DNA of 64,000 bases, taken from NCBI GenBank assembly GCA_003707115.1, contig PPNB01000010.1, positions 62,001-126,000 on the forward strand, read 5' to 3'. A program made the position numbers and the translations under genes. Origin of the DNA: Tortispora ganteri (taxonomy: Eukaryota). The notes under the pieces are model-generated. The model was given only the letters and a program-made list of their open reading frames with translations. It did not search any database and had not been told where the DNA came from. Within the stretch, counting starts at the first letter, position 1, and each line of letters starts with the position of its first letter. Below are positions 19,284 to 29,651 of this stretch, piece after piece.

Positions 19284-20555
19284 CTAAAAGGAAAGCGTCA
19301 GTGCGAAAATAGCTGGTAGGCAGAGAAGTAGGAGTGATTGATAAGTACCACTGGCAGATGAGTCGTAATGGAGGCCAGAAGGTGTTGTAGTTTGTTTGGT
19401 GGTGCTTTGTGCGCCAGCAGCAGCAGTTCCCATTACGATAACATCTGTTTTTGTCTTCACCGTGGCAGTATCAAGTGTTTTTCCTCCAGCAGTACCAGCA
19501 ACTGTTTCCTGCTTCACAGTGTTCTTAAGGTACGGCACTGCCTGTACCTTTTCAGTGACATAGCATAGTGAGTTATCTTCGCACTTGGTAATAGTAACGG
19601 TAGTGACATAGTATCCAGTAGGAATAGCAGGTACTGCATTTCCTGATGCAGGCTTGTATTGATCAGTACTGACCGTATTAACAGGAAGAGCAGTACCAGT
19701 AGCTTCTCCAGAGGGCAAAGAGTCACTGCCAATGTTTTTAGATGCAGCTGGAGAAGCGGTTTGAGAGGTAGTCTGCAATGCAGCTGACGAAATTTCAAAT
19801 GTATGATCCGCAGAAGAGCTTCGTAAGTTAGGCTCAACAAACCGATCTGACGAATAGAGCGCGCTAGCAGAAGCGCTGTTTGATGCAGATACTGAAGATG
19901 ATCTGATATTCGCGGCGATTGAAGAACTTTGTACTGCAGCAGACGATAAACTGTCGAAAACAGCCGCAGCAGACGATGAACTTGCAATAACATCCGCGGC
20001 AGACGATGAACTGTCGAAAACAGCCGCAGCAGACGATGAACTTGCAATAACAGCCGCAGCAGACGATGAAATTGCAATAACAGCCGCAGCAGACGATGAA
20101 CTTGCAATAACATCAGCAGCAGACGATGAACTTTCAAAAACATAAGCAGCAGATGATGAGGTTGAGAGACCTATATCAGCCGATGTAGAGCTTGAAATAC
20201 CTATGTTAGAAGTGCTAGGTGAATAGATGGCAACACTAGAGCTAGGTTGAGCAGAGGGCACAGAAGAACTGGGGACAAATATCGAAGAATAACCTGCCGT
20301 AGCTAGACAAGTTGTCAGCCCGCTAGGCATAGGATCCGGTGCCGGTCCTGGACACAAAATAGGAACCGGAATATAAGTCGCTTGATAGCAATCACATGCA
20401 TTATCATAGTAACTAACAGTGGAAGAAGTATATACTGTATAAGGAGGAATAGCACTTTGGCTGACTATTCCCGCTGTAGGAGCAGGAATATTCGTAGTTG
20501 CTAGCACAATAGAAAAGAAATAAGATAAAACAAAGATACAAAGCGAAGAATGCAT
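19284..20555 (-). CDS. Ser/Ala/Thr-rich, probably GPI-anchored cell-wall protein
   Basis: Signal peptide, 10-aa tandem repeats, flocculin-like VTTVTITKCEDNSLC motif, hydrophobic C-terminal tail after a small-residue omega region. Confidence 0.75.
   Translation of the reverse strand: MHSSLCIFVLSYFFSIVLATTNIPAPTAGIVSQSAIPPYTVYTSSTVSYYDNACDCYQATYIPVPILCPGPAPDPMPSGLTTCLATAGYSSIFVPSSSVPSAQPSSSVAIYSPSTSNIGISSSTSADIGLSTSSSAAYVFESSSSAADVIASSSSAAAVIAISSSAAAVIASSSSAAAVFDSSSSAADVIASSSSAAAVFDSLSSAAVQSSSIAANIRSSSVSASNSASASALYSSDRFVEPNLRSSSADHTFEISSAALQTTSQTASPAASKNIGSDSLPSGEATGTALPVNTVSTDQYKPASGNAVPAIPTGYYVTTVTITKCEDNSLCYVTEKVQAVPYLKNTVKQETVAGTAGGKTLDTATVKTKTDVIVMGTAAAGAQSTTKQTTTPSGLHYDSSASGTYQSLLLLCLPAIFALTLSF
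19935..20160 (-). repeat. Intragenic 30-bp minisatellite (~7 copies, SSSAAAVIAS/SSSAAAVFDS)
   Basis: Unit approx. gcagcagacgatgaacttgcaataacagcc repeated every 30 bp. Confidence 0.9.
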
Positions 20556-21176
20556 GTTTGAGAAATATGCTCTATACTAATGAAAGAGCAATAACTGAAA
20601 CATATCCTTATATATATATATTCAGATAAGCCGATTTGAGATGCACGAATTTAGGATTTCATACTTCTTTTGTCATAACTCAAATAAGACATAATTTCAA
20701 AGGCAGCAGCAGCAATTGGTTATCAAGGACTTCCATTTCAATCGATCTCGGCCTACTTCAGCTAAATTAACGGCGAACGTAGGCTTCGAAAGCTATTCAA
20801 AGAACCACCTTTCAAATAACTCGGAAATAAACCACACAAGAACCTTAGCTGCCATATATTAACTTATGGTAAAAAAACTTTATGGATCAAAGACTTTTGG
20901 CAAACAGGCCGGAAAACAAAACTAGCAAAAACCCTTTCAGAATGTGCTCATGGATAAATTCATGGTCGGATTAATCTCAGGAATTCTTTATGTCGCATAA
21001 TGTAAACTTGGATCCCAAAAAAAAAAAAAAAAAATCGAAAGGTGATACCAAGCAAAAGCTCGGAGACGGTTAAACGACAGATGTGTGCCAAATTATAAAA
21101 CCATATTAGAGCGTCTGTTAGAGTTTCTGTTGTGCGCAATTAGCAAAAATCTCGAGAAAGATAGTATACAGCTAAC

Positions 21177-22658
21177 TCAAATTGGAAATACATGAGCTAT
21201 CAATGAGATCCCAGAGGCACGAAATAATCCAGTAAAAATTTGTGATTCTAAAGAAAAAGTCAGTATATACCGAGATATAAAAAAGCCAAATGCTAAAATA
21301 AGAAGACTTAGAAACAGAAAGAAGATGCCATGTGAATTAAAAGAGTTATTTGTTTTCCCATCTTTAATGAATTTTTCAGCCGCACTTAGATCTTTAAGAC
21401 TGAGTGATTCAGCAAACGTTTCTTCAATATCCAAAGATCGAGAGGGAAGAACTAATTTTGGCTCATTGAGAGGAATGTACTGTGTTTGTATACTTTCCTC
21501 CATTTCAACATCCTTATTCTCACATTGATCGGCGTGTGTTTCCGGCTCATTTTGCTTAGAGTTTAAACTAGCCAGAGGGATAGGGTGTTTTCTTTTGGAT
21601 CCAGTTAGGTGTGAATCCCGAAAAAGGTTGATATGCTGCTTACTCAGCGATAATGCTTCAGAACCTGTTAGCTTAACGGACGGCACAATGGGCTTAAGGC
21701 AAGATAAAGATATAATTATCGCTGTAAAATGCAAGACTAGCATAGTCGTGAAAGCTGATTTAATTGTTTCTTCCTGAAGACCAACATGCGGGAGGAGGTA
21801 AACCGTTAAAAGTCTGAGAAGAAAGGTTACAACTTGCAGCCAGAAATAACTTGTTTTGCCAGATATTTTGACTGCCCTCATGCGAATTGCTTCTAACCAG
21901 ACATAATCCCAAAATAATGAGAAGATAGATATGGGTATTATGATATAGGTGGTGCGGATTGACAATGCAAATAGAGTATAAAGTCCGATTGATGCAGTAG
22001 TTAGATTATTGGAGAGGAGAAGACGCACGTTGCTGATAGGGTATAGCGACTTCAGTTCAATAACCGACATAGTAAGAGTATTAGGATCATATGCTCCGAT
22101 AGCGCAGTATAATAATATAGTGAGAGCAGATAGCCACCAAAGGAGTCCGCGAAGCCTCCATACTGCTATCCTGAAGCAAGAGGGTGATCGTTTTTTTATG
22201 ATCTCCAGACTGCCTTTTCTGTTTAAATTAATGATGCTACCTAGTATGCCTGTTTTTGCAGTGTAGTTGTTGCGATCCATGACGCCTTGCGCTTTTGCTT
22301 CGCAGTCAGTGCAGAGCAGGGGATATCGTTCCTGAAGATCTGCTTTGAATTGCTGTTCCATAGCGACAAATTTATCATAATCCTTATGTGTAGGCTCGGG
22401 TAAATAATTAGCCAAAGAACTAATATACATAGCTTGATTTGCTTCACACACTGCGCAAAATGGCGACTCGGGGAAATCAGTCAATTTCATGGGATACTGT
22501 TCGCGGGAGTAGTTGGAAACATGAGAAGATGGATTATTCACACTAGAGCAGTTAGGGCATGTCCATTCTGTTACCGCATCCCTAAACCAAGAAGGGTCAC
22601 CGGCAATTTCCTGTAATTCATTGCAGTAAAAGCAGACCTTTCTGATAACAGAGGGCAT
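21177..22658 (-). CDS. IMA1: Inner nuclear membrane protein Ima1/NET5-Samp1 family
   Basis: N-terminal CFYCN...WTCPNC...PFCAVC...LANYLP...ERYPLLCTDC Zn-binding region followed by multiple TM segments. Likely start is ATG 22658; an in-frame ATG at 22718 is also possible. Confidence 0.8.
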   Translation of the reverse strand: MPSVIRKVCFYCNELQEIAGDPSWFRDAVTEWTCPNCSSVNNPSSHVSNYSREQYPMKLTDFPESPFCAVCEANQAMYISSLANYLPEPTHKDYDKFVAMEQQFKADLQERYPLLCTDCEAKAQGVMDRNNYTAKTGILGSIINLNRKGSLEIIKKRSPSCFRIAVWRLRGLLWWLSALTILLYCAIGAYDPNTLTMSVIELKSLYPISNVRLLLSNNLTTASIGLYTLFALSIRTTYIIIPISIFSLFWDYVWLEAIRMRAVKISGKTSYFWLQVVTFLLRLLTVYLLPHVGLQEETIKSAFTTMLVLHFTAIIISLSCLKPIVPSVKLTGSEALSLSKQHINLFRDSHLTGSKRKHPIPLASLNSKQNEPETHADQCENKDVEMEESIQTQYIPLNEPKLVLPSRSLDIEETFAESLSLKDLSAAEKFIKDGKTNNSFNSHGIFFLFLSLLILAFGFFISRYILTFSLESQIFTGLFRASGISLIAHVFPI

Positions 22659-22914
22659 AGACGAAGGAAAGAAAGAAGGTAAGTTATGATGGGAGTGAAG
22701 TAGGTGTTTGAGGGTCATTATGTGGGTGTCATTGTTCTTAAATACAAAGAGATGCAGGTCAACAACAGTACCTGTTTCGGTCTAAAAGCCATTATTAAAA
22801 GATTAATGATGTTCATCAAATTCTAACACAGAAAATATTCGTAAAAAAAGAAAAAAGTTAAAATATACAACAATGCTCAATGAGTGATCGGAAAGTGGAT
22901 TCATGTCGAGATTC

Positions 22915-23937
22915 TCAGTATCGTAATTTCATTCCGAGCTCTTCAAGACGGCTGCAAGCCGAGAGTTCGCGGTTCATAGCCTCATCTAGCCGCTCCTGAT
23001 CAGTGAAAAACCACCCTTGAGCTTCGTTTATATCCTGCTGCTGTCGACTATATTGTGTTTCGCATTGCCATTTTAAATTCTGTATGTAATTTTGTTCGAC
23101 CTTGCGGCCATAGTCCCGTTTCTGTCGGTCTGAGAGATTATTGACATCTTTTGGTTTCATGTAGTATTTAATATGATGATTTGGAGTCTCGAACTCAGAT
23201 GTATAAGGCTTCATATAATCATAACGGTAGGCCGGAGTCTGAGAACCAGATGTGAATGACTCCCAGATTCCAGAAAGCAGAGGTAACACTATTAACAGTA
23301 TTAAAGGTAGAAATTGTATCAAAGTAGAGAGCATGTTTTCATTAGCTTGATTTCCGGCGCGATTCTGAGCAGGGCGCCTACGTGGGCCTCCAAAAGACGT
23401 GTAGGGTGAACCGCCAAATGAATGGATGCGTATACCAGGTCCACCGAAGCCAAACGATTGAAAGGGCCCGCCACCAGCGGCACCAGGGGGGCCACCAAAG
23501 AACATGTTGAATAGATCTTCAGGCGACATTTCTCCAGCTCCGCCAGCATTAAAGAAATCTCCAAATGCTGCACCCGCTGGACCACCTGCACGGGAAGCAG
23601 AAGAGCCGGAGGCATTTCCCATTCCTCGAGAATCAGGATCTTGCCCTGTCTGGTCAAAAATCCGCTTTTTCTGCGGGTCAGATAAAACTTGAAATGCTTT
23701 AGATACCATTTTGAAGGCCTCGTCTGCGCCAGGTGCACTGTTTTTGTCGGGATGCATTATTAACGCTAGTTTACGATAAGCCTTCTTGATGTCGTTATCG
23801 GTGGCTGACGTTTCCACATCGAGGATAGCATAGTACTCGTGATGTTGACATTTACGCACTCTTTCAACTGCAGCCTTCTGTGCGCTAGTATAAGATCGAC
23901 TTTGATTACCCTGATTGTGGTCTCTTGAAGTGCTCAT
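22915..23937 (-). CDS. HLJ1: ER-membrane J-domain co-chaperone (Hlj1/DNAJB12 type)
   Basis: J domain with HPD (MHPDKN), G/F-rich linker, single TM segment, lumenal DUF1977-like tail. Confidence 0.85.
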   Translation of the reverse strand: MSTSRDHNQGNQSRSYTSAQKAAVERVRKCQHHEYYAILDVETSATDNDIKKAYRKLALIMHPDKNSAPGADEAFKMVSKAFQVLSDPQKKRIFDQTGQDPDSRGMGNASGSSASRAGGPAGAAFGDFFNAGGAGEMSPEDLFNMFFGGPPGAAGGGPFQSFGFGGPGIRIHSFGGSPYTSFGGPRRRPAQNRAGNQANENMLSTLIQFLPLILLIVLPLLSGIWESFTSGSQTPAYRYDYMKPYTSEFETPNHHIKYYMKPKDVNNLSDRQKRDYGRKVEQNYIQNLKWQCETQYSRQQQDINEAQGWFFTDQERLDEAMNRELSACSRLEELGMKLRY

Positions 23938-24360
23938 AACGTGTCAAGTACAGAGAAAATGACCTGCTGAGGAGGGGAAAGGACAATGATATGTGAGAAG
24001 GGGTTGTAATATGATAAGTATGAAGAATCCTAGAAATGGTTATACAAGCAGCACGATAATCTAACAGTTCACTAACGGCTCACTTGATAGAGTAGATCTG
24101 TGCAATAGGATGCGAATGCGGCCAAATAGGGCGAAGTGCACTTAACTGGAGAGCAATAGATTTCCTTGGAAGCGTGTATGGACGGGGTGCGATCGTGCGT
24201 TGGTCAGAGATAGGCGATTATTGGCGAGATTATTGTTGGCATGGCAATAAATAAATTTGAGAGTCCCAATACAAAATTAGCGTTTTAGGTCTATTATTTT
24301 AACCTCGGGCTTATTAGTGAGGAGTCCTCCTTGCTTTGATATAACTTATAATAAATCAAT

Positions 24361-25281
24361 ATGGCTATGCATAGAGTAGACGATGGTCTTTACGTGGGAT
24401 CCATGTATTCACTTCAAGGTCCAAACGATCTGCGAGCTGCGGGTGTGACACATATCTTGTCTGTGCTGCGTGCGAATATCAATTACAGCCGGTTAGAGGG
24501 ATTTACGATTCTACAGATCGAGCTAGACGACGAAGAAGATGAAGATATTATGCAGTTTTTTGGGCAGGCGACAGATTTTATTCATAGTGCTATTTCTCAG
24601 GGCACTGGGTGTCTTATCCACTGTCAAGCGGGAATATCACGATCTGTAACTATGTGTTGTGCGTACTTGATGCGATATCGAAACTACTCCGCAAAGGGTG
24701 CTATTGCTAAAGTCCAAGAAGGACGGCCTATTGCGAATCCGAACCCGTCATTTCGTGAACAGCTAGAACTTTTTGAGCAATGTAATAAAGACGTCAAGTT
24801 AGACTGTCCAGCCTATAGACAGTTCAAACTTAAGATCCGCGCCTCGTTTGCGACAGCTTGTGGTCAGGCACCTGAACTCGATAACTATGTAGACGACACT
24901 TCTCCTCGGTCAATAGAAGGTGCAGATGTGCAACTTCGATGTAAAAAATGTCGCCGAGTCTTAGCTACAGACCGCGTTGTCGTCTTGCATAAGCCGTCTG
25001 AAAGCAAAACACGTCTGCCAATGGCTAACCCGGTAGCTAACCCGAAAATGAGCTCTATGATATCACCGTACTGCTCGCAGTTCTTTACTGAGCCGTTGGT
25101 GTGGATGAAAGAAGAACTTAGCCTTGGCAAGCTAGAGGGAAGACTAGACTGTCCTAAATGCCATTCAAAAGTGGGATCGTACCACTGGCAAGGAGTGCGA
25201 TGTGGTTGCAATACTTGGATTGTGCCGGCGATTGGTCTGCAGAGAGGCAAAGTTGATGAGATTAAAAACAGTAAAATTTAA
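24361..25281 (+). CDS. YVH1: Dual-specificity phosphatase Yvh1
   Basis: HCQAGISRS active site plus C-terminal Zn-binding domain (CKKCRR...CPKC...CGC). Confidence 0.93.
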   Translation: MAMHRVDDGLYVGSMYSLQGPNDLRAAGVTHILSVLRANINYSRLEGFTILQIELDDEEDEDIMQFFGQATDFIHSAISQGTGCLIHCQAGISRSVTMCCAYLMRYRNYSAKGAIAKVQEGRPIANPNPSFREQLELFEQCNKDVKLDCPAYRQFKLKIRASFATACGQAPELDNYVDDTSPRSIEGADVQLRCKKCRRVLATDRVVVLHKPSESKTRLPMANPVANPKMSSMISPYCSQFFTEPLVWMKEELSLGKLEGRLDCPKCHSKVGSYHWQGVRCGCNTWIVPAIGLQRGKVDEIKNSKI

Positions 25282-25342
25282 TGAATGTGTGGGTGAAAAT
25301 TTGTATAAGTAGACGATTCGAGGTTGCGTCAACGACAGTACA

Positions 25343-25873
25343 TTATTTTGGATCTGTTGTTGGTGGTTTGGGAAAACTAGTCGGTTTTGATAATAGTTGC
25401 TGTGTCCGTTTAGCTTCAAGTTTAGCTCTTATTTGTGTCACCCTTTGTGTATAGAAGCTAGATGCTAACTTGAATCTGCGCGATTGGAACTGTTTAGTTT
25501 CTTTCTCTTGTTCAGTGGACAGATCAGAATCTTTCGTGTCTTTGTCATCAGATGGAGAATCATTAACTGGCATATCGACGCTATCTTTCTTCTTGTCCTC
25601 CTTCTTGTCCTCATTCTTGTCCTTTTTCTTAGCATAATATTCAGTTGTCACTTTTTTTACCTCGTCCTTGAGCCACGGTTTAGGATCCACCGGAGGCGGA
25701 ACGTCAAGTGATGTCGCGAACTGTCGATTCTTAACATGCGATTCGCACACATAGAAGAAATCTTCTTTCGGATCAATATTCACCAGTACAACGCTGCTAG
25801 GTTTATAGCAAACAATACACGGTCTTGCGGTCTCCTCTGCAACTCTTCGCAAATGGTATTCATTCTTCAACAT
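25343..25873 (-). CDS. VFA1: Vps4-associated protein Vfa1 family
   Basis: NEYHLRRVA...CIVCYKP...DFFYVCESH N-terminal motif, charged middle region, F.L...FY..R and FP..P C-terminus. Confidence 0.75.
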   Translation of the reverse strand: MLKNEYHLRRVAEETARPCIVCYKPSSVVLVNIDPKEDFFYVCESHVKNRQFATSLDVPPPVDPKPWLKDEVKKVTTEYYAKKKDKNEDKKEDKKKDSVDMPVNDSPSDDKDTKDSDLSTEQEKETKQFQSRRFKLASSFYTQRVTQIRAKLEAKRTQQLLSKPTSFPKPPTTDPK

Positions 25874-26146
25874 GTCTAAAGTCGAATGTCACAATCCCAA
25901 TCAAGCATAGAGATCTAATAACCAATAGGTGCACAATTCATGTAAGAAAAAGTAAATTAAGATCAGCTAATTAAAAGCAAAACAAATTTCTACACAATTC
26001 TAGGCTTTATTGTTGTTTATTTATACATTTCTTAGACTTCAATTCGTGCAATCGTACCCTCGCATTTTCTGCCTGGTAGAAACTCTAAATAATAGACATT
26101 ATTTAGCAAAGATTTAAAGTATTAGTCAATATCATCCTTCACCCAG

Positions 26147-27316
26147 ATGTCGACGTTCGGAAAATTATTCAAAGTCACCACTTTCGGTGAATCTCATTGC
26201 AGATCCGTCGGATGTATAGTTGATGGCATCCCTCCTGGTCTACAACTTACAGAAGACGACATCCAGCCACAGTTAACCCGCAGAAGACCAGGTCAATCTC
26301 ATTTGACTACTCCTCGTAATGAACAGGACGCTGTAGAAATTCAAAGCGGTACTGAATTTGGCGTCACGCTTGGAACTCCAGTCTGTCTTATTGTCCGAAA
26401 TAAAGACCAGAGACCTCACGACTACTCAGAAACTGACTCCTACCCGCGTCCGTCTCATGCCGATTACACATACCTGTTGAAGTACGGCGTGAAAGCTTCT
26501 TCCGGCGGTGGAAGATCAAGTGCTCGCGAAACTATTGGACGTGTAGCCGCTTCTGCTATTGCTGAAAAGTACTTTTCCTTACTCGGCATTGAAGTTGTAG
26601 CCTTCGTCTCGGCTGTCGGTCCGTGCTCCATGGATCGCTCAGACGCTAACTCACCGTCCTTCGTCAACTTACTCCAGACAGTTACTCGTGAACAAGTAGA
26701 TAAGTCACTTATACGCTGTCCAGATGAGTCCATAGTCGGTGAAATGCAACGTATTGTCGAGGAAGCCAAATCACGAAATGACTCAATAGGAGGCGTGGTG
26801 ACTTGTGTCATCAGGAACGTACCCAAGGGCCTCGGCGAGCCGTCTTTTGACAAGCTCGAGGCTATGCTTGCACATGCTATGCTTTCAATCCCTGCCACTA
26901 AAGGATTTGAAATTGGATCTGGGTTCCAAGGTACAAAGCTCTATGGAAGCCAGCACAATGATCCCTTTGTAAAGGATCCGGAAACTGGAAAACTCCGTAC
27001 TACACAGAACTACTCTGGTGGCATTCAAGGTGGTATCAGTAATGGTGAAAATATATACTTCTCTGTTGCATTCAAGCCACCAGCCACTATTTCGCAGAGT
27101 CAACCAACTGCTTCCTACGAAGGCGATGATGGAGTACTTGCAGCTCGTGGAAGGCATGACCCTAATGTTGTTCCACGTGCTGTGCCTATTGTCGAGTCAA
27201 TGGCCTCGCTGGTGATAATGGATGCACTCATGATCCAGAATGCTAGAAATGCTACAAGATCAGTTATCCCGCCTATTCCCGAGGCGGCTTCTCGACTTGC
27301 TCCTAAAACTGCTTAA
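26147..27316 (+). CDS. ARO2: Chorismate synthase
   Basis: [34 protein letters not shown] and RHDP motifs. Confidence 0.97.
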   Translation: MSTFGKLFKVTTFGESHCRSVGCIVDGIPPGLQLTEDDIQPQLTRRRPGQSHLTTPRNEQDAVEIQSGTEFGVTLGTPVCLIVRNKDQRPHDYSETDSYPRPSHADYTYLLKYGVKASSGGGRSSARETIGRVAASAIAEKYFSLLGIEVVAFVSAVGPCSMDRSDANSPSFVNLLQTVTREQVDKSLIRCPDESIVGEMQRIVEEAKSRNDSIGGVVTCVIRNVPKGLGEPSFDKLEAMLAHAMLSIPATKGFEIGSGFQGTKLYGSQHNDPFVKDPETGKLRTTQNYSGGIQGGISNGENIYFSVAFKPPATISQSQPTASYEGDDGVLAARGRHDPNVVPRAVPIVESMASLVIMDALMIQNARNATRSVIPPIPEAASRLAPKTA

Positions 27317-27407
27317 AACTATAATATATATCTGTTTATATTTAAAACAATGCTATTTTACAACGTGACAAACTCATATTTTTGGAATGGCATCCCATTC
27401 AGACACT

Positions 27408-28748
27408 TTATATGTCTGGATTTGTAACTCTGAGTGTACCCCGTTTTGTGACGCTCACTAGAAGTTGAACGTCGTGGATTGGATTTTCCTGTTCATTATA
27501 TGAGCCTATGTCGTCATCAAATGGATCTTTTTTCTCTGACGATAAACGCTTGTTTATTCCCGGATAATCGTAATAGTGTATGCCAGAGTTCGACGGTAAA
27601 CTTGAATCGAAGAGGCTTGATTCTTCATCATTAGATTTCCGTCTTCTTCTGATGAAATATGCAGCCGTTAGGATACCAGTTATGGCGCATATCGGCAATA
27701 TTGTAGATAAAGCTACTACAGAAGACTGCTTTAGCGGTGGAGCAGTTGTCTCTGAGTCTTTAAGTTGAGTGTCTGATTCCTGTGCTGTTGATTCTGATGT
27801 TGCGTCATATTGTGGTGACGGCGTGTACGAACTAGACACAGTCCATGAGTCAACATTATAGAATATTTTGTCATATGCGTCAGTTGATCTGTTCACTGCA
27901 ACTATCGTATGGCTATCAAGGACGCCGATTGTCTCCGACTGCGCTAGAACACTCTCGATATAATCGGGCACCATGGTGTAGTGCCAGCCCTGTAGGTCTG
28001 AGTACTCTATACCAAAAGCTTTCGGGTTAGAAAGTCTTCCATCTACTACTCCACCTACTACTAGTACCTTTTCGTCGCTGAGCGCTATAGTTGTGGCATT
28101 CACCCTTGAGTCGGGAACCACCATTGATTCTACAGCCGAAATCGTCCGATATACCCAACCGGCATTGTAGAATACGGCTTGTGTCATTGTAAGATATCCT
28201 TCAGAGGTTTTACCGCCGATGAAAATTGTTTGCGACCCAATCGATGCGTGTGAGGCCCAGAAGAAATCGCTGGGGTTGTTTAGTGTGTTTGTAGATCTGA
28301 CTGTGGTGCTGCCGTCAGTCGATAGATTGACAGTGTAGAGCACTGAGTTACTCAGTTTTTTACTACAAGTTGCGCCGTAAATGTTGAGTGTGGAAGTTAT
28401 GTTGTCGTAGAAAATGTTAGATCCAGATTCGATAAATGGAGGGTCTGATATTGCCAGTTGTGTCCATTGTGTATCCTGTACGACATCGATCTTATATACG
28501 GAAACAGATTGTGCACAAGAGCTTGCAACTGCATAAAGAGTGTTTTCTTTTCCAGCAACTATAGTACAATCCTGGCATGGATTTGGCAAGGTTCCAGGAG
28601 CAGTAGTTTGTTCAATAGGACTGCTGATCGGGAATGTTATAAAGCTGTGATTAAGCTCTAGCACCACGGCGTTAGCCAGTGTCCATGAGCGCCCTACAGC
28701 ATATGCACCTCTCACAAGTATTATTACACACAACACAATGTATATCAT
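27408..28748 (-). CDS. Type I single-pass membrane protein with Kelch-like ectodomain, function unknown
   Basis: Signal peptide, IYGA/FIGG/VVGG Kelch-like motifs, TM segment followed by RRRRK, cytoplasmic tail ending LRVTNPD. Confidence 0.6.
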   Translation of the reverse strand: MIYIVLCVIILVRGAYAVGRSWTLANAVVLELNHSFITFPISSPIEQTTAPGTLPNPCQDCTIVAGKENTLYAVASSCAQSVSVYKIDVVQDTQWTQLAISDPPFIESGSNIFYDNITSTLNIYGATCSKKLSNSVLYTVNLSTDGSTTVRSTNTLNNPSDFFWASHASIGSQTIFIGGKTSEGYLTMTQAVFYNAGWVYRTISAVESMVVPDSRVNATTIALSDEKVLVVGGVVDGRLSNPKAFGIEYSDLQGWHYTMVPDYIESVLAQSETIGVLDSHTIVAVNRSTDAYDKIFYNVDSWTVSSSYTPSPQYDATSESTAQESDTQLKDSETTAPPLKQSSVVALSTILPICAITGILTAAYFIRRRRKSNDEESSLFDSSLPSNSGIHYYDYPGINKRLSSEKKDPFDDDIGSYNEQENPIHDVQLLVSVTKRGTLRVTNPDI

Positions 28749-29651
28749 TTAAAAATGTTGAACGGAAGTAAGAATGGAGTAGAAGATCTCAATTGCTAAT
28801 AGATGGCCAGCCTCGAGAGTATCTTCGAGGAGATCGTTCGAGGAGGTTGGGACTATTGCCCAATACGGAAATGCTGGCTGGCGATCATTCAATCGGCTTC
28901 AGTACCAATATTTTCAGCACTACCGAGACTCTATTCTGGAAAACAAAAAAATATATAAGTCAATAGTATTGAATGTGTATTAGTATTGGCGAAAGCTAGG
29001 TTTGGATGTGTGAAATTCCGAGTGTATGTGCATGCCTTTGATCTATTCCATATGCGAAACTTTAACACTTTTGAATGATGTAATACAAGCCGTCTTTTAG
29101 CTGATCAAAACAGAAATCGTCTGTAGGTATACAAGCAAATAAATATAATACTGCATTTAACACAGGTACTAATATAATGTTCTATTATTTTTATTTTCAT
29201 ATATCGTTCCAGGGCATATAGGTGGATCAAAATATTGATACTACAATTGTTCCTCATTTCACAGTTGACAATTATACTTTGCGGGGAATCACTTAGGGCA
29301 TGAGGGTTTTGTTTCTTCTTTGTTCTTAGTCAAACAGTACAAACTTATATTAGTAAAGAGATTTGTCTTTTTCATCTTTATTGATCGATTTTATCCGACT
29401 TTTTATTTGTTCTCTTACTGTTAACAGCTAGTTAACAAAGCTCTGTGCTTCTTTATTCTCAATCCTGATCAAGGGTGTAAACATTACTTGACGTCCCAGA
29501 CGGTGTTTCAGTATCCTACCACCGTCTGTTATCCTCTAGACGCAACGAGTAGCTCGTACCCCACTTTTACACATCGAATATTTTGCACTCACATACTACA
29601 CATATCTCGTCGAGCTTCACAAAACCTGCGACCCAATACCCACTTTCCACC

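Noticed and set aside
21017..21034. Poly(A) run as a retroposon tail
   Set aside because: No target-site duplication or upstream element; it looks like an ordinary poly(dA:dT) tract.
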